A program made the position numbers and the translations under genes. The notes under the pieces were generated by a model, which was given only the letters and a program-made list of their open reading frames with translations, was not told the origin of the DNA and made no database searches. DNA of 63,386 bases, the filler included, from Bonamia ostreae (Eukaryota), in assembly GCA_040357525.1 (NCBI GenBank). It is 41 parts of 41 records of this genome, joined end to end, with 100 filler letters (N's around TTAATTAATTAA, not from the genome) between each part and the next. Parts side by side here need not be neighbours in the genome. Positions count along the whole stretch, not along the records: positions 12,459 to 13,911 come from JBDODL010001774.1; positions 14,012 to 15,464 come from JBDODL010001775.1; positions 15,565 to 17,015 come from JBDODL010001776.1; positions 17,116 to 18,566 come from JBDODL010001777.1; positions 18,667 to 20,116 come from JBDODL010001778.1; positions 20,217 to 21,666 come from JBDODL010001779.1; positions 21,767 to 23,216 come from JBDODL010001780.1; positions 23,317 to 24,766 come from JBDODL010001781.1; 33 more parts are not named here. One strand, 5' to 3'. Positions 12,359 to 24,523 of this stretch are shown one piece after another; position 1 is the first letter of the stretch, and the number at the start of each line of letters is the position of its first letter.

Positions 12359-14282
12359 NNNNNNNNNNNNNNNNNNNNNNNNNNNNNNNNNNNNNNNNNN
12401 NNTTAATTAATTAANNNNNNNNNNNNNNNNNNNNNNNNNNNNNNNNNNNNNNNNNNNNATCATTAATCATTACTTTCTTTTATTTCGTATGACAACTGAA
12501 TCATGCTACATTTCAGAATCTCATAGCACCCGGTGAAATTTATGTGTGAATTTCGCTTCTATTAAAGATATAGAGACTTGTCTTCATTTTCCCTAAAATA
12601 TTCTACCTCAAGATCGTCCATAGGTCGTCGTAAAGTTATGATGATTTTTACCATAACTTAAGAATTTTATAACACGTTTATTTTATCCTCACTTAATAAA
12701 TATACAAAGAAATCTTGAACTTTTAAAAAATATATAATTCATGTCTGCGCATACTTAATCAGACTATTATCACAATCTGTCTACAATCTTCAATTTGGTT
12801 TATGTTTTGAACAAATATTAAAAACAATTAATAACTTGCCTTTTCTTCTCCGAAAATAGCATAGAGCTGAACTTATCAGGATTATAACCACAAGAACAGC
12901 CAGACACACAATCCACAAACTGAAATCATAATATAATAGTCATTGCGTTTATTATTTTTTTAGTTTGGGGTAATGATATAATACATCACATCTACATATT
13001 AATATTCAGCGAATCGAATGATAGAAAGAAGCACATAATTAACTTTTTTGTAGCGGTGATATATACATGTATCATATAATCAATATCATAGTTATAAAAA
13101 TAAACATACTCGTCATGTATAAAGACATCGTTCTTTGACGCTGTATCAATCGTAGGCGATGTGGTGATTTCGGCTGAAAGGGACGTTGATGGAGTCGAAT
13201 TCCCACGCCCTTGTACGAGTTCATAACAACCAGTGACTGTAAAATTATCTCATTAAAACATTTGTGTTCTTCATCGTACATATGAAGAACTGACTCCGAG
13301 TCTGAAAACACCCGCCGAAAATTTGTTTCCTATATTACATATACTATTTCTAATTCATTGATGTTTACAATGACACCTCTGCAGTTCCATGTAGAAGTTC
13401 AGTATGAACTACCTTTGTATAATTATAAAAGCTGTAAGTGTAGTAGGTTTGTTGTGACCTTAACTTTTGCACTCATGACAAAAAACCCTTTTGCTCCGTT
13501 TTTTAATGATCAACCTTCTTTGTATTTAATACGAAATATTTTGCTGAAAAACTATTTACAATACCAAGTCACAACGAAAGTGATAGCGATAAAACAGAAA
13601 GAGAGACGTTCTTAATCTCTGAGTACTTTTTTTTCATAATAAACTTTCTGAAGAATATGAAAGTTGTATTTGAAAAACTTTTCAAGGTATTGTGTAACAT
13701 TGAAATCTGTTCAAATTTCATTGAAGTCCTGCTAACCATAACCCAATATATAAAGGCGTCTCTATTCGATGGTGAAAGCACGGTGAATGAAGATGACCTT
13801 GACCCTTTTCAGTTTTAATGATCAAAATTTGCTTTCTAATGGGCTTTACGTTTTCACCTAAAAGTAAGGTTATATATTACCAGTCAAAAAGGGATGCTTA
13901 CTTCTCCTAGGNNNNNNNNNNNNNNNNNNNNNNNNNNNNNNNNNNNNNNNNNNNNTTAATTAATTAANNNNNNNNNNNNNNNNNNNNNNNNNNNNNNNNN
14001 NNNNNNNNNNNAAATTTTAACTTTATAATTTTTTTGATTATGAAAAATGAACATTTTTTGTACTCGAAAGGGTCGGTTTCGATGAATGTTTAAGATAGAA
14101 ACAATATTTTTCATCCCTCATCTTTTCTTTATTGACGAAATTTTCTTCTCTTGGTCATTTAAATATTTTTGCTTTCACACGATAAAACGTGTTGTTGCAA
14201 AATAATTTGGGACGGTTTTAGAAGAGAAATTTTAAATCTCAAAATTTTTAAATCTCAAAAATTGCAATTCAAAAGAGATTTA

Positions 14283-15464
14283 TCAAATATCAGCCATTAT
14301 CTCTCCAGCAAAATTTCCTTTAACCAAAATAATCTCCAACAAATCTTCTTCTCGCGAAGCCACGAAAACATCGCTAATCCAGATCTTTGCTTTCCCCAAT
14401 ACAACAAAAACGTATTTTAGACCATCCGAAATTATCCCGAACAAAGGCAAAATTTTGTCAATATTTGATTTCTTGTCAAGATCTAGTCTTTTGCATTTAA
14501 CAGAGTGTAACAATAAGAGTTGCATCACAGTTTGGGAAAAAGCGTCACTAAAATTTCTTCCGAACCGTTTTGCTTCGACTAGTCCCAAAAAATGCGTCGC
14601 GTGTTGAATTAATGGCGGCTTTCGCCCTTTCAGATGTTCTGTTTCTCTTATTATCAAATAATCAAATCTCGCTACTGGAAATTCGCGAGATCGAAGTGTT
14701 TCTTCCTATTTTTAAAAGAAAATTTAAAAATTGCAAATTTTAACCAATTCAACGGAAACACCGCAAAACGTCGAAATGTTTAAGATAACGGCGTCGATGA
14801 AAAGACGACTTGTCGCTTCCAGATTTTGGAGAGTTTTTAATTGGTTTAATCCTGTAAACCCGTTCTGACAATAATCGGAATTCCAGCCCAACGCAACGCC
14901 ATTTTTCTTCGCAAAATTTAAAATTTTCGTAATTAAATTTTGTCCATTTTTTGTGTTCGAAACGATGTCTTCTGTTAAAGGTCGAAAGCGTTGGATTTTA
15001 GAAGGAAATAAATGGTTTGCTTAAAATCGTTATTGAAATTTATGTTAAAAATGGTTGAAATGAAAAGTTTATTGTAACAGAGTCTATTCAAATTCCAATT
15101 GGAAGAACTGATAAACAGATCGCATTCAAGTTCTTGTTTTTCGTAAACGATTTGAATCAAATTTTTAATTTTTTCCCAAAAAACAGAAAAGTTGTTCTTT
15201 TCTACAAAGTCTTTTCGTATTTGTTCTTTTATCGAAGTTATCTCGTTTTTCGCTTTCTTTTAATTTAAGATTTTCTATTTTTGCAAAAACGGAATATAAA
15301 AATTGAGAGATTTAAACAGTGTTTTGAATGGAAGATTGAAAAAAGTATTCTTTTTTGTTTTTATTTAACGATTCTGCGATTTTGTAAGTTAATGTGTTTT
15401 CTGGGACATTAAAACTATTTTTTTCTCTTTTTTTTATTTTTTAAATATTTTCTGACAATTTTTA
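14283..15464 (-). CDS. PD-(D/E)xK restriction-endonuclease-fold protein (HsdR-N/Crinkler REase-like), multi-exon, 5' partial
   Basis: Spliced (intron 14706-14744): EATSRLFIDAVIL...VELEETL...ARFDYLI...LGLVEAKR...AFSQTVMQL...LFGIISDGLKYVF. Confidence 0.72.
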
Positions 15465-15657
15465 NNNNNNNNNNNNNNNNNNNNNNNNNNNNNNNNNNNN
15501 NNNNNNNNTTAATTAATTAANNNNNNNNNNNNNNNNNNNNNNNNNNNNNNNNNNNNNNNNNNNNATTTATCAACCAATTTTTTTAGATTTTTCGAAGTTA
15601 TTTGCCATTTCGCCAATTTTAGTAATTAAATTTTGATTAGAAAAATTGCAAAAATTA

Positions 15658-16399
15658 TCATTTACTTTTTAGAATTCGCCTCGCGCCATGCAGCAATTCA
15701 TGAAATCTACGCCTATAAGCTCGCGGAACTGTTTTTGGTTTTGTTTTCCGGTTTTTCCTATTTTTAGCCATTTCCAAATTTTCAACTCCTTCGTCTCCGT
15801 AAACCGATCTTACTTAAAATTCAATTTTAAAAAAGCCAACTTTGTTCTATTTTATACAAGAAATTTCTGTTTTTGACGACATTTTTTATTCTTCGCAAAG
15901 ATTTCTCAACTTTGTGAAATCGTTCAGATTTGTCATCGTCATATGCAATATCGGCATTTCTGCGATACCAGCGATCAGTTTGAAGACGGTTTCGCTCTTT
16001 GACCAAAACGAACCAAAGTTTGTGCAAATCATCGAAAGATTTATTCTCCAAAAATTCTTTCGGCCACGCATCACCGATTTTTCCTTGAAGATGTTTTGGT
16101 CTTAAATCCAAAAAATCTGAAATTCCGCCGAAACCTTTTGATATTTTCCAAGGTTGTCTTTTATTTTCGGCTAAATTTTGGTTGTTTTCGTTCGAATTTT
16201 CTGTTAAATTTTTGGTCGAGTTTTCAATTTTTAGTGTTTCTGTGTTTTTGTTTTGGACTGTTTTTATTTTGTTATTTTTGCTGTTTTTCAGGCCAAATTT
16301 GGGATTTTTGGCTAAATCTGATTTGGTTTTGTAATTGTTTTTTGGAATGGAAAGTTTTGATTTAACTAAGTTTGTTTTCGACAAAAGTTTTGTTAACAT
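15658..16399 (-). CDS. MRPL47: Mitochondrial ribosomal protein uL29m (L47)
   Basis: GDAWPKEFLENKSFDDLHKLWFVLVKERNRL signature and a basic presequence-like N-terminus. A 28-nt intron at 15813-15840 extends the CDS to TGA at 15658. Confidence 0.92.
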
Positions 16400-17115
16400 T
16401 GTTTTTTGCTATTTTTTCTAAATTAGCTTAAATATGTGTGGGTTTGTTTAAAAAATTAATGGAAGTTTTTGCATTTGTTTGATTTCGACAGTAAAAATTA
16501 TAGGAATAAAATGGGTGGAAAAGGTTTGGTATAGAAATTGGTGAATCGGTCACCAGTAGAAGAAAGTATACCAGAGGAAGATTGAAAAATAGTCGGAGCT
16601 AAATGTCGTTCTACAAAAAATTTTCGTCGAAAAAGTAAATCTAGAAATGCCAAAGTTTATCGAAAGATGAATCGAAGAATCTTTACATAAAACTTACTAA
16701 TTTTGGGATATGTCATTTAGTCGTCAATTTTAAAAATTTATTTGAAAAAATTTAAAAATATTTAAATGGCTCCATTATCAAATTTTAAAGAGCCGATCAG
16801 CAAATCGTCATTGTGGCTAATTTGTTGAGGCGAAATCGTGTTGATAAATCGTTCAAAATTTTTTAAATTCGAACTTTCTTCTAAATTTGATCTTTCACCA
16901 AAAAACTTTTCTGTGTATAAAGCAAGTTTGTTAAATTTAAGTAGTCCTAATCTTCTTGCTTTTTATTTTGACCAAAATTTTAATGTACAAATTGTTTCAA
17001 AAAATCGTTTATAAANNNNNNNNNNNNNNNNNNNNNNNNNNNNNNNNNNNNNNNNNNNNTTAATTAATTAANNNNNNNNNNNNNNNNNNNNNNNNNNNNN
17101 NNNNNNNNNNNNNNN

Positions 17116-17718
17116 CGATTTATAAAATTTGTTGTTTAAAAAATGAAGTGGTGACAATGAACATTTGTAACAATAAGATTTATTCTCAAACATAAAAATC
17201 TCTCAGAAGGAAATTTTGTGAATGAAGCCAAATATTGAATTCGGTTATAACATCTGACAAACATCTTACTCTGGTGATTTGCAAATTATCATCTTTGGTC
17301 ACAATAACATAATCTTCCATTAAAACTATGTCAGCGTTATCATAATAATCGCTCTCTTCTTGAAGTTGTTCGTTTCGTCCAATGTAATCTTGATATGTAA
17401 CAATAAAAAGAGTTGAAAATTTTTCATCAATAAAAATGTCGTTGTAGCTCTGAAAAAACTGTTTGTGTAGAGCCATATTTTGTTGAAATGGAACAAATCA
17501 AAATTTGCAACATAGTTAGTGTTGTCAAGAAAATGTTTAATTGGCTCAAAAAAGTCATAATTGTCGAAAATAACGAATTTCAGGCTAACAGTACTCTGAA
17601 CTCGGTTTCTCAGTTCAAAAAACAATTTTTCAGAATTCGGAAAGGTATAATCGATGGTGCTTTCTTCAATTGTTTGTAAATTTATGATTTTGATAAAAAA
17701 TATCAACAATTTGGACAT
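17116..17718 (-). CDS. Hypothetical multi-exon protein with hydrophobic N-terminus
   Basis: ORFs 17326-17718 and 17186-17476 can be joined by a 53-nt GTTGCA...AAACAG intron. Confidence 0.5.
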
Positions 17719-17926
17719 TTTTGAATTTAAATTAACGAAAAAAGAGTTGAAATTTATTGAAATTTTGTTATTTCCGGCTATTTCGGATTATTTTTACTTT
17801 TTGTTACCAAAACTTTGATTAAGATAAAAAAGCGTTACCATTCGCAAAGGATGAAATGTTTTTAACTATTAAAAGAGTTTTTCAATTTTCCGTCTTTCAA
17901 AAATATTTTTAAAAATATCACAAAAA

Positions 17927-18001
17927 AGCCCCGTACGGGACTCGAACCCGTGACCAGCAGATTAAAAGTCTGTCGCTCTAAACCGACTGAGCTAACGAGG
18001 C
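17927..18001 (-). tRNA. tRNA-Lys(UUU)
   Basis: GCCTCGT/ACGGGGC acceptor stem, GCTC/GAGC D stem, CTTTTAA loop, ACGGG-TTCGAGT-CCCGT T arm, followed directly by a T6 Pol III terminator; no encoded CCA. Confidence 0.96.
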
Positions 18002-19075
18002 TTACAGATTTGAAAAAGTTAAATTATAAAACATATTTCTATCATCGGCTATAAAATTTGAAAAGTTTATCGGCTCAATAAATTAAAATAATCGGCTCAA
18101 TTAATCAATTTAATGTCTACGAATATTTCAAGTTTTGATAATTTAAATTGAAGGAGATTATTTTGAGAATACGATGTCACTTAATCAATCAATTGTATCA
18201 GGGTGTAACGAACAAGAGATAAAATCAACACAAACTATAAAAAAGCACAAAAAATTTAACATATTTTACATCGACCCAATCAGAACTTCTAGTTATTCCA
18301 GTTTTATTTTTTTATTTTCGACTAATTATCTTTTTCATTTTCGATTTAATTTTCATTTGAACATTTGTTACTAAACATTCAATTTTTTGTCTACAGCAAA
18401 TGGGGCAGATGGTTTGCAAAATAACAAAGTTGATACTTATTCTGGTCTCAACACTGAACCTGTTTACGAAAACTTTAGAAGGCAAACAAATAAACAATCA
18501 GACTGCACAAAGGATGACACACTGTGAAAACTGTAGCTGATGAAAACAAAGAAAATGGATGGACAGNNNNNNNNNNNNNNNNNNNNNNNNNNNNNNNNNN
18601 NNNNNNNNNNTTAATTAATTAANNNNNNNNNNNNNNNNNNNNNNNNNNNNNNNNNNNNNNNNNNNNGGTGGAATCATGTGTCTAGTAGGAGTAACCATCC
18701 TCTGTAGACCGGTTACACCCACTGTGAAATAAAAAAATAATACTATTAATGATGATAATGATAAATAGTATGATAACGATAATTTGATCAAGATAAAGGT
18801 CTCTGTAATCGGTCAACACGTGAATGTGTTCTCTTCTTAGGCACAAGGTACATGTACAGTGTACATGAAGTTAACAGGGGGTTGTGTTTACCCTACTCTT
18901 CATTTTGTATTATTGATCTGTCTTTATGTTTATGACATTAATCACTATTTGTTATCCTTGTTTTTCATGTAAATACTGATCTCATCAGAATATTGAAGTG
19001 ATTAGATACCCCCACTGTTCACCATTAGATAAATAGCGTTATAGTATTCACATGTTTTTACTGCTTGATATCTAG

Positions 19076-19344
19076 GTGTACAAAAAGCTGTACCCGCTGC
19101 AGAAGTGGTATATCATGGCATAACGTGGGAAGAAATTAATCTAAACAACATAAAACGCTATAATCCAACTATACATTTCGTATGTCATTTTACACCTATC
19201 AGTGATGACAGCTTGTTTTACAATATTGAATGGATGATTGAGAATGAGTTTGTGAAAAACTACACGGTCGATAAGAATACTATTGATCAACTGTCCTTCA
19301 CTACTGACGACATGCTTGGAGTAAACAAAAGTATGGGTGAAAAG
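19076..19344 (+). CDS. Internal exon of an animal extracellular protein (VWDE-like, mollusc-type)
   Basis: tctag acceptor and gttagt donor. HFVCHF....LFYNIEW pattern recalled from bivalve VWDE-like proteins. Confidence 0.5.
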
Positions 19345-20624
19345 GTTAGTCACGATTTTTTGCAAGTATGAAGATTAATCATCTAAAAGCTTGCGGTAAT
19401 TATGGGAATAAGAAAAATTGTTATAACATAATGTAAAAGAAAAGAAAAAGGTCTTTAAAAATATGTTATACCTTAAAAGAACTTTCGCCATTGTCACCAG
19501 ACCGCTTTTCAAGCCTAGGATTGTTTCTATTGAGAAATGTTAATCCAATTATACCTTCCTCAAAAATAAATAATAAACCTCTAATGATATCGACATTTGT
19601 TGTCATAAATTCAAACTATTCATCTTTAACTTCTGAAAATGACGAAAGATTGGAAATAGAATCAAAGCGACATATTGATAGAGATATCCCTGTCAATAAA
19701 TGTGCAGCGCTTCTCTTTGTCAACGGTCAACGAAAATATATATTTAAAAAAAGAATTGTACACTAACATGTAAAATTTCCCTACACTCATCAAAGAAGTT
19801 TAATGTCAACATTTCTCTTTGTGATATTAGATTCATTGCCTTGTTGGCGCAAAAAAAGCAGAAGCTGGGATAGCATGCGTTTATCAGTCGAGTACACAGT
19901 TCATCGTAGGATTTGAGGTATTATCTCATTTTGACATTAATTTTGGTATCTTTATATTACTTTTCACATATCGCATATGCTGATTTTATCTGTCAGCGTC
20001 CGTTCGTTGTATGTATTTTATCTTTCTGAAACATTTCACATTGTTCATTTCTTTTCAAGAACACGTCAAACGAAAACATAAAAAAAATTAAGGCAATGAG
20101 TTTGAAAATGAATTCANNNNNNNNNNNNNNNNNNNNNNNNNNNNNNNNNNNNNNNNNNNNTTAATTAATTAANNNNNNNNNNNNNNNNNNNNNNNNNNNN
20201 NNNNNNNNNNNNNNNNATATAAACACTCAAAATACCTTTTAAAAATTAATAGCTTCCTCCATCTGTGTTGGGACATATTTTAAAAAATGTACAGTTTACA
20301 TATAAAAGTGGTGTATGACCTGCTTTAACATACCCGCGTGATTTTTATGGTGGTAACATCTACCGTAATATCGTAGATCTCTTTGTAAGGTCATGACCTT
20401 CACCTCCTCTAATACAGGGAATTTGGCTATACTTTTATATTGATATCACTGATATGAAAATAGCGTATGTAATGTTGTGTATAAAATCATATATTTTCCA
20501 CATTCGGCATACCAAAACTTTATAAAAAATCTTTTTAAAGTAATTAAAACATTGAAAATTCACAATTGGAACAAAATCGGGGTTGATCTGATAATAATCC
20601 CATTCCTTTAAAATTACATTAAAG

Positions 20625-21356
20625 GGAAAGAACCATCGATTGCTGATAAATATGTGACAAGGAAAGCATGTGTCAACCAGGGAAATTCTTGTCAGTGTGC
20701 AAAGTGGTACAACATAGAGATACGGAACTGTACTACTTACCTTGTCTATAATCTTACATCGACGTCTGGCTGTCCAGAACGGTATTGCTTTGGTGAGTTG
20801 TAAACATGACTACCAATTTCTTCATTATATTACATGCATATAAACTTTTCCTTTCTATCTATGTTGCATTCTTTATAAATACAATTTATGAGAGTTGCCA
20901 CTGTTTTTTTTATTTTGCAATTGGATAACACGATTGCAGACATTCACCATTATCTAATTTCAGGAGACAATGGAATTTGTCATGAAGAGAAGAACAACAG
21001 TAAGTTAATGTGATAACAAAAAAATGACCTTTTTTCCAGAAAAGAATATATCCATGCAATTAAAACAAGAAAATCATTTCGCATTTTTTAGAGACTGATG
21101 TTGCCTTTTTGAAGTATGTTTATATTGCTACTGCGTCAGGCGTAGTTTTGGTTGTCATTGCATTCACTGGAGGATATATCTGGTACAAAAAGTCTTTGAA
21201 GTAAGTTACCCATTGATAAATTTTTACTGTAGTATTTCATATAAGTAAAATATATTTGCAAATTCCAATATCCTATTTCCTTGCAGATTTAAGAAAACGC
21301 GGAGCAATCAAAATCTCAAGAAAAGCAACATGAAAGAGATAGGACAAAAGGCTTAA
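20625..21356 (+). CDS. Last four exons of an animal membrane protein with a UMOD/GP2/OIT3-like D8C domain
   Basis: Exons 20625-20792, 20964-20999, 21092-21200 and 21287-21356 splice in frame with GTGAGT/GTAAGT donors. VTRKACV...C..IEIRNCTTYLVYNL.....CPERYCF, then TM IATASGVVLVVIAFTGGYIWY. Confidence 0.85.
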
Positions 21357-21808
21357 CTGCGTCATTTCGAAATGTTTCTATCAGTTTTAGTGTGAAGACA
21401 AATATGCAATCATCTAATTGATGATAAGTGTTCCCATAATATCCTTATTCCTAAAGATGTATTAATGCATAGTGTTTCGTTTGTTGAACATTAAATGAGT
21501 AACGTATATCTCTATATATCACTTTTATGTGAATTGCATTGATTAACGGATTTATGAAATATATACATATATATGTACATGGATGTATTTGTTGTGGATC
21601 TGTAAGTAATTGTATCAAACACAGTGTATCTTGACAAGTCTTATCTAGAATAATAATTATAATATANNNNNNNNNNNNNNNNNNNNNNNNNNNNNNNNNN
21701 NNNNNNNNNNTTAATTAATTAANNNNNNNNNNNNNNNNNNNNNNNNNNNNNNNNNNNNNNNNNNNNCGATGTGACCCATGAGCCTCTTCAACTTACAACT
21801 TTAAACGT

Positions 21809-22817
21809 GGGGTAAAATGGTTAAATTTCGACCACTTTTGTTCAGTTGATTTTGCGATCCCAAGTATTTATTTTTGGCCTTTCATCAAATCGACCCTAAT
21901 TATACATTCAGATTTGGAACTGGTCCAACCTTCATTTTGTGCGACTCTCTTTAGGAAGAGATCCCAAACAAAATATCTACGAGATACATCAGAAGAAGAT
22001 GCTGGTCAATTTCGACCAGATCGTTCTTATTTTATCCACAACAGCATTGGATTTTGACAAGCATCAGTTATTCACGAACAAAATCAAGATCTTAGAAAAA
22101 ATATTTCATAAAAGTTCAATTTGTAGTCCAGTATATTCAGAAAATCAAATACTGTAATGGATTGGTAATTATAGTGCAATTGTTTAGGGAAGTTCTTGAT
22201 GAAGAGGGATAGTTTTGAATTTCAAATCCATCAAAGACCTTGCTTTAAAATGGCCTAGGGATTTACTTGTAAGATTTATCCTTACTGAAAAATACAAAAC
22301 ACTTCTTATTCTGAATTTAATGAGACATCTACGAATATTAAAAGTAAATTCAGTTGTGTTTACATTCTCGAATTCAAATGGTCGAATTTACTCCGTTATA
22401 TGAAAAGACATGAAGGTTATTTCGACCGACTTCTAATTTCATAATGTTTACAATAACCCAAGACAGAACAAAAAAGAAACAGTAATGAAAATTATTTCTT
22501 GAAGTGTAATCATTGTTAAAATATATTCAACTGTTTAAAATGCATACCTTTGATGCTAACAAAAAGGTTGAATGCTATGAGTTCTGATTTAGTATATACG
22601 TTTAGACTTTGACGCCCAAAACACAAGCATGTATGTGTTGATGACTTTTCGATGAATGCTTGACAAAGATTGATTATTAGTTAGAACGATATCAAAATAT
22701 ACATGTGCAGCTTTTGATGTCTTCGTCAGCATTCTTTGTCATCTATGGTATCTATTATAGGTGTGTTTCTAAAGTGGTCGAAATTAACCCAGTGGTGGAA
22801 ATTTTACTATTTTATCC
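21809..22817. mobile_element. Non-autonomous DNA transposon/MITE with imperfect terminal inverted repeats
   Basis: The left end GGGGTAAAATGGTTAAATTTCGACCACTTT matches the reverse complement of 22771-22817 (GGATAAAATAGTAAAATTTCCACCACTGGGTTAATTTCGACCACTTT). Internal ATTTCGACC copies; no transposase ORF. Confidence 0.7.
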
Positions 22818-23443
22818 TAATTAGCAACATCAAAACTTTAACTTTTCTGCTATTTGTAAATTTTGTTATAAATTATTTATCTTCCAAATAAAGTCATCGA
22901 TTTATATCATAGTTACTTTTGCAAATTCCTCAAAAGTGAAAATCCAAGAGCAAAGCTCATGCTCAAAACTGATCAATCAATATAGCATTGAAACAAGAGG
23001 AAAAGTCAAACCTTTATTACATTACAAATACCAGGCCTGCCCAAAAATCGCATTACCTTCTTCTTTGTAGAAATCGAAAACTTTGCGATAGCTTCCTTTT
23101 TAGCCAATAGTTCTAACATAAAACTTGACTTATATTTTTTAAATAAACACTCTACATTAGCGAGAAACGCAGTTATGTTTGATTCAGCCAGAATATTAAA
23201 GAATACAATGCGATGCNNNNNNNNNNNNNNNNNNNNNNNNNNNNNNNNNNNNNNNNNNNNTTAATTAATTAANNNNNNNNNNNNNNNNNNNNNNNNNNNN
23301 NNNNNNNNNNNNNNNNCTGGCTCGGTTATTAATATTGATTTTTGCGACATTTAAGATTAAAAAGTTTATTGAAAACAATTGTATGAATGAAGATTTTGCC
23401 ATTTTCATAGCAGTGAATAAATTAACGAATGCAATTTTAAAGG

Positions 23444-24025
23444 TTATTTATTTTCAAGCAACTCTTTCAAGGCTTTGACTCTGTGATATTTTTCTCGCTC
23501 ATTTGAAAAATCTTCGACGAATTGATTTAAACGAATGTCTTTTCGCTTAATTCCGGATTCGAGATTCTCGGTTTTTTCCGATATTTCGACTAAAGAACTT
23601 TCGAATTTGTCGAGTAAATCGCTAACAGAATTATTATTGTGCAATTGTTTGTTATCTGTCACCAGCTTGTTGTAACTTTGGACGAGTTCGATGTCTTTTT
23701 CAAAGTTTTTGTCGTATTCTTCTTTAAAAGACAAGTTTTCTTCTGTTTTTAGAATTAGCAAATTGTTGTATTTACGACATTTATTAGATAGGTAAACTCG
23801 CTAACATTATCAGATTTTCGTGAGCTTTCTCGATTTTGGCTTCGAAGTCTCTGACGCCATTGAGATTTTTAATGAACTCTTCCAACTTGGAAGGATCGTT
23901 GTATAGACAGACTAAATCTCTTTCACTAAGAATTTAAATATTTACGTTGCGTATTGAAGAAGATTATCCGCTTCGTTTTTCAAGACTCTTATTAGATTGT
24001 TTTGATCGCTATTTGGATTGTTCAT
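23444..24025 (-). CDS. VPS37: ESCRT-I subunit VPS37 (Mod(r) domain)
   Basis: Introns 23926-23945 (20 nt) and 23743-23797. ERDLVCLYNDPSKLEEFIKNL...LAKENL... and C-terminal LNQFVEDFSNEREKYHRVK. Confidence 0.78.
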
Positions 24026-24075
24026 TTTGTCGTCGTTTGTTTTTAACTGCTTTTTATATATTTAATGGCTTGATT

Positions 24076-24523
24076 TATATTTTGTTGGCTTGTGATATTT
24101 TCATTTTGATATCTACAGTAGTTTTGTATAGTGACCGTAAACAACTAAAAAATTATTAAATTTTGTTCAATCAAAAGAAATGACTTTATCAACGATGTTA
24201 AATATTTAGATTTAGTTATTTTGTTTCCCGAGTAAAAAGATGTAAAAATTTTAACAAGCCACAACTTTAAAAATTTTAAAAATTATTTAACAAAATCTAT
24301 TCCGCTTGCTGCGACGCAACCCGTTCGTATCAATATTGTAATTAGGCTCGTCAAATTTTGCCTCGCCAAATAAGGGCTTCTCGAAAATTTTTTTCATTAA
24401 CAGAAGCGTGACAGCGGAATCGTGAATATCCTCACTAATTAAACCGTCGGACGAACTGGTAAGAAAGACTTTAAATCGACCGCATTTTTCACGTAAATCA
24501 GCATCCAATTTTTTGTGAGACAT
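24076..24523 (-). CDS. Small hypothetical multi-exon protein
   Basis: ORF 24287-24523 plus downstream exons probably ending KISQANKI*. Confidence 0.4.

Noticed and set aside
16433-16590. Possible tiny spliced + strand gene (MCGFCI..., with a TGA formed at a junction, suggesting selenocysteine)
   Set aside because: Several incompatible splice models, no recognisable family and no SECIS identified.
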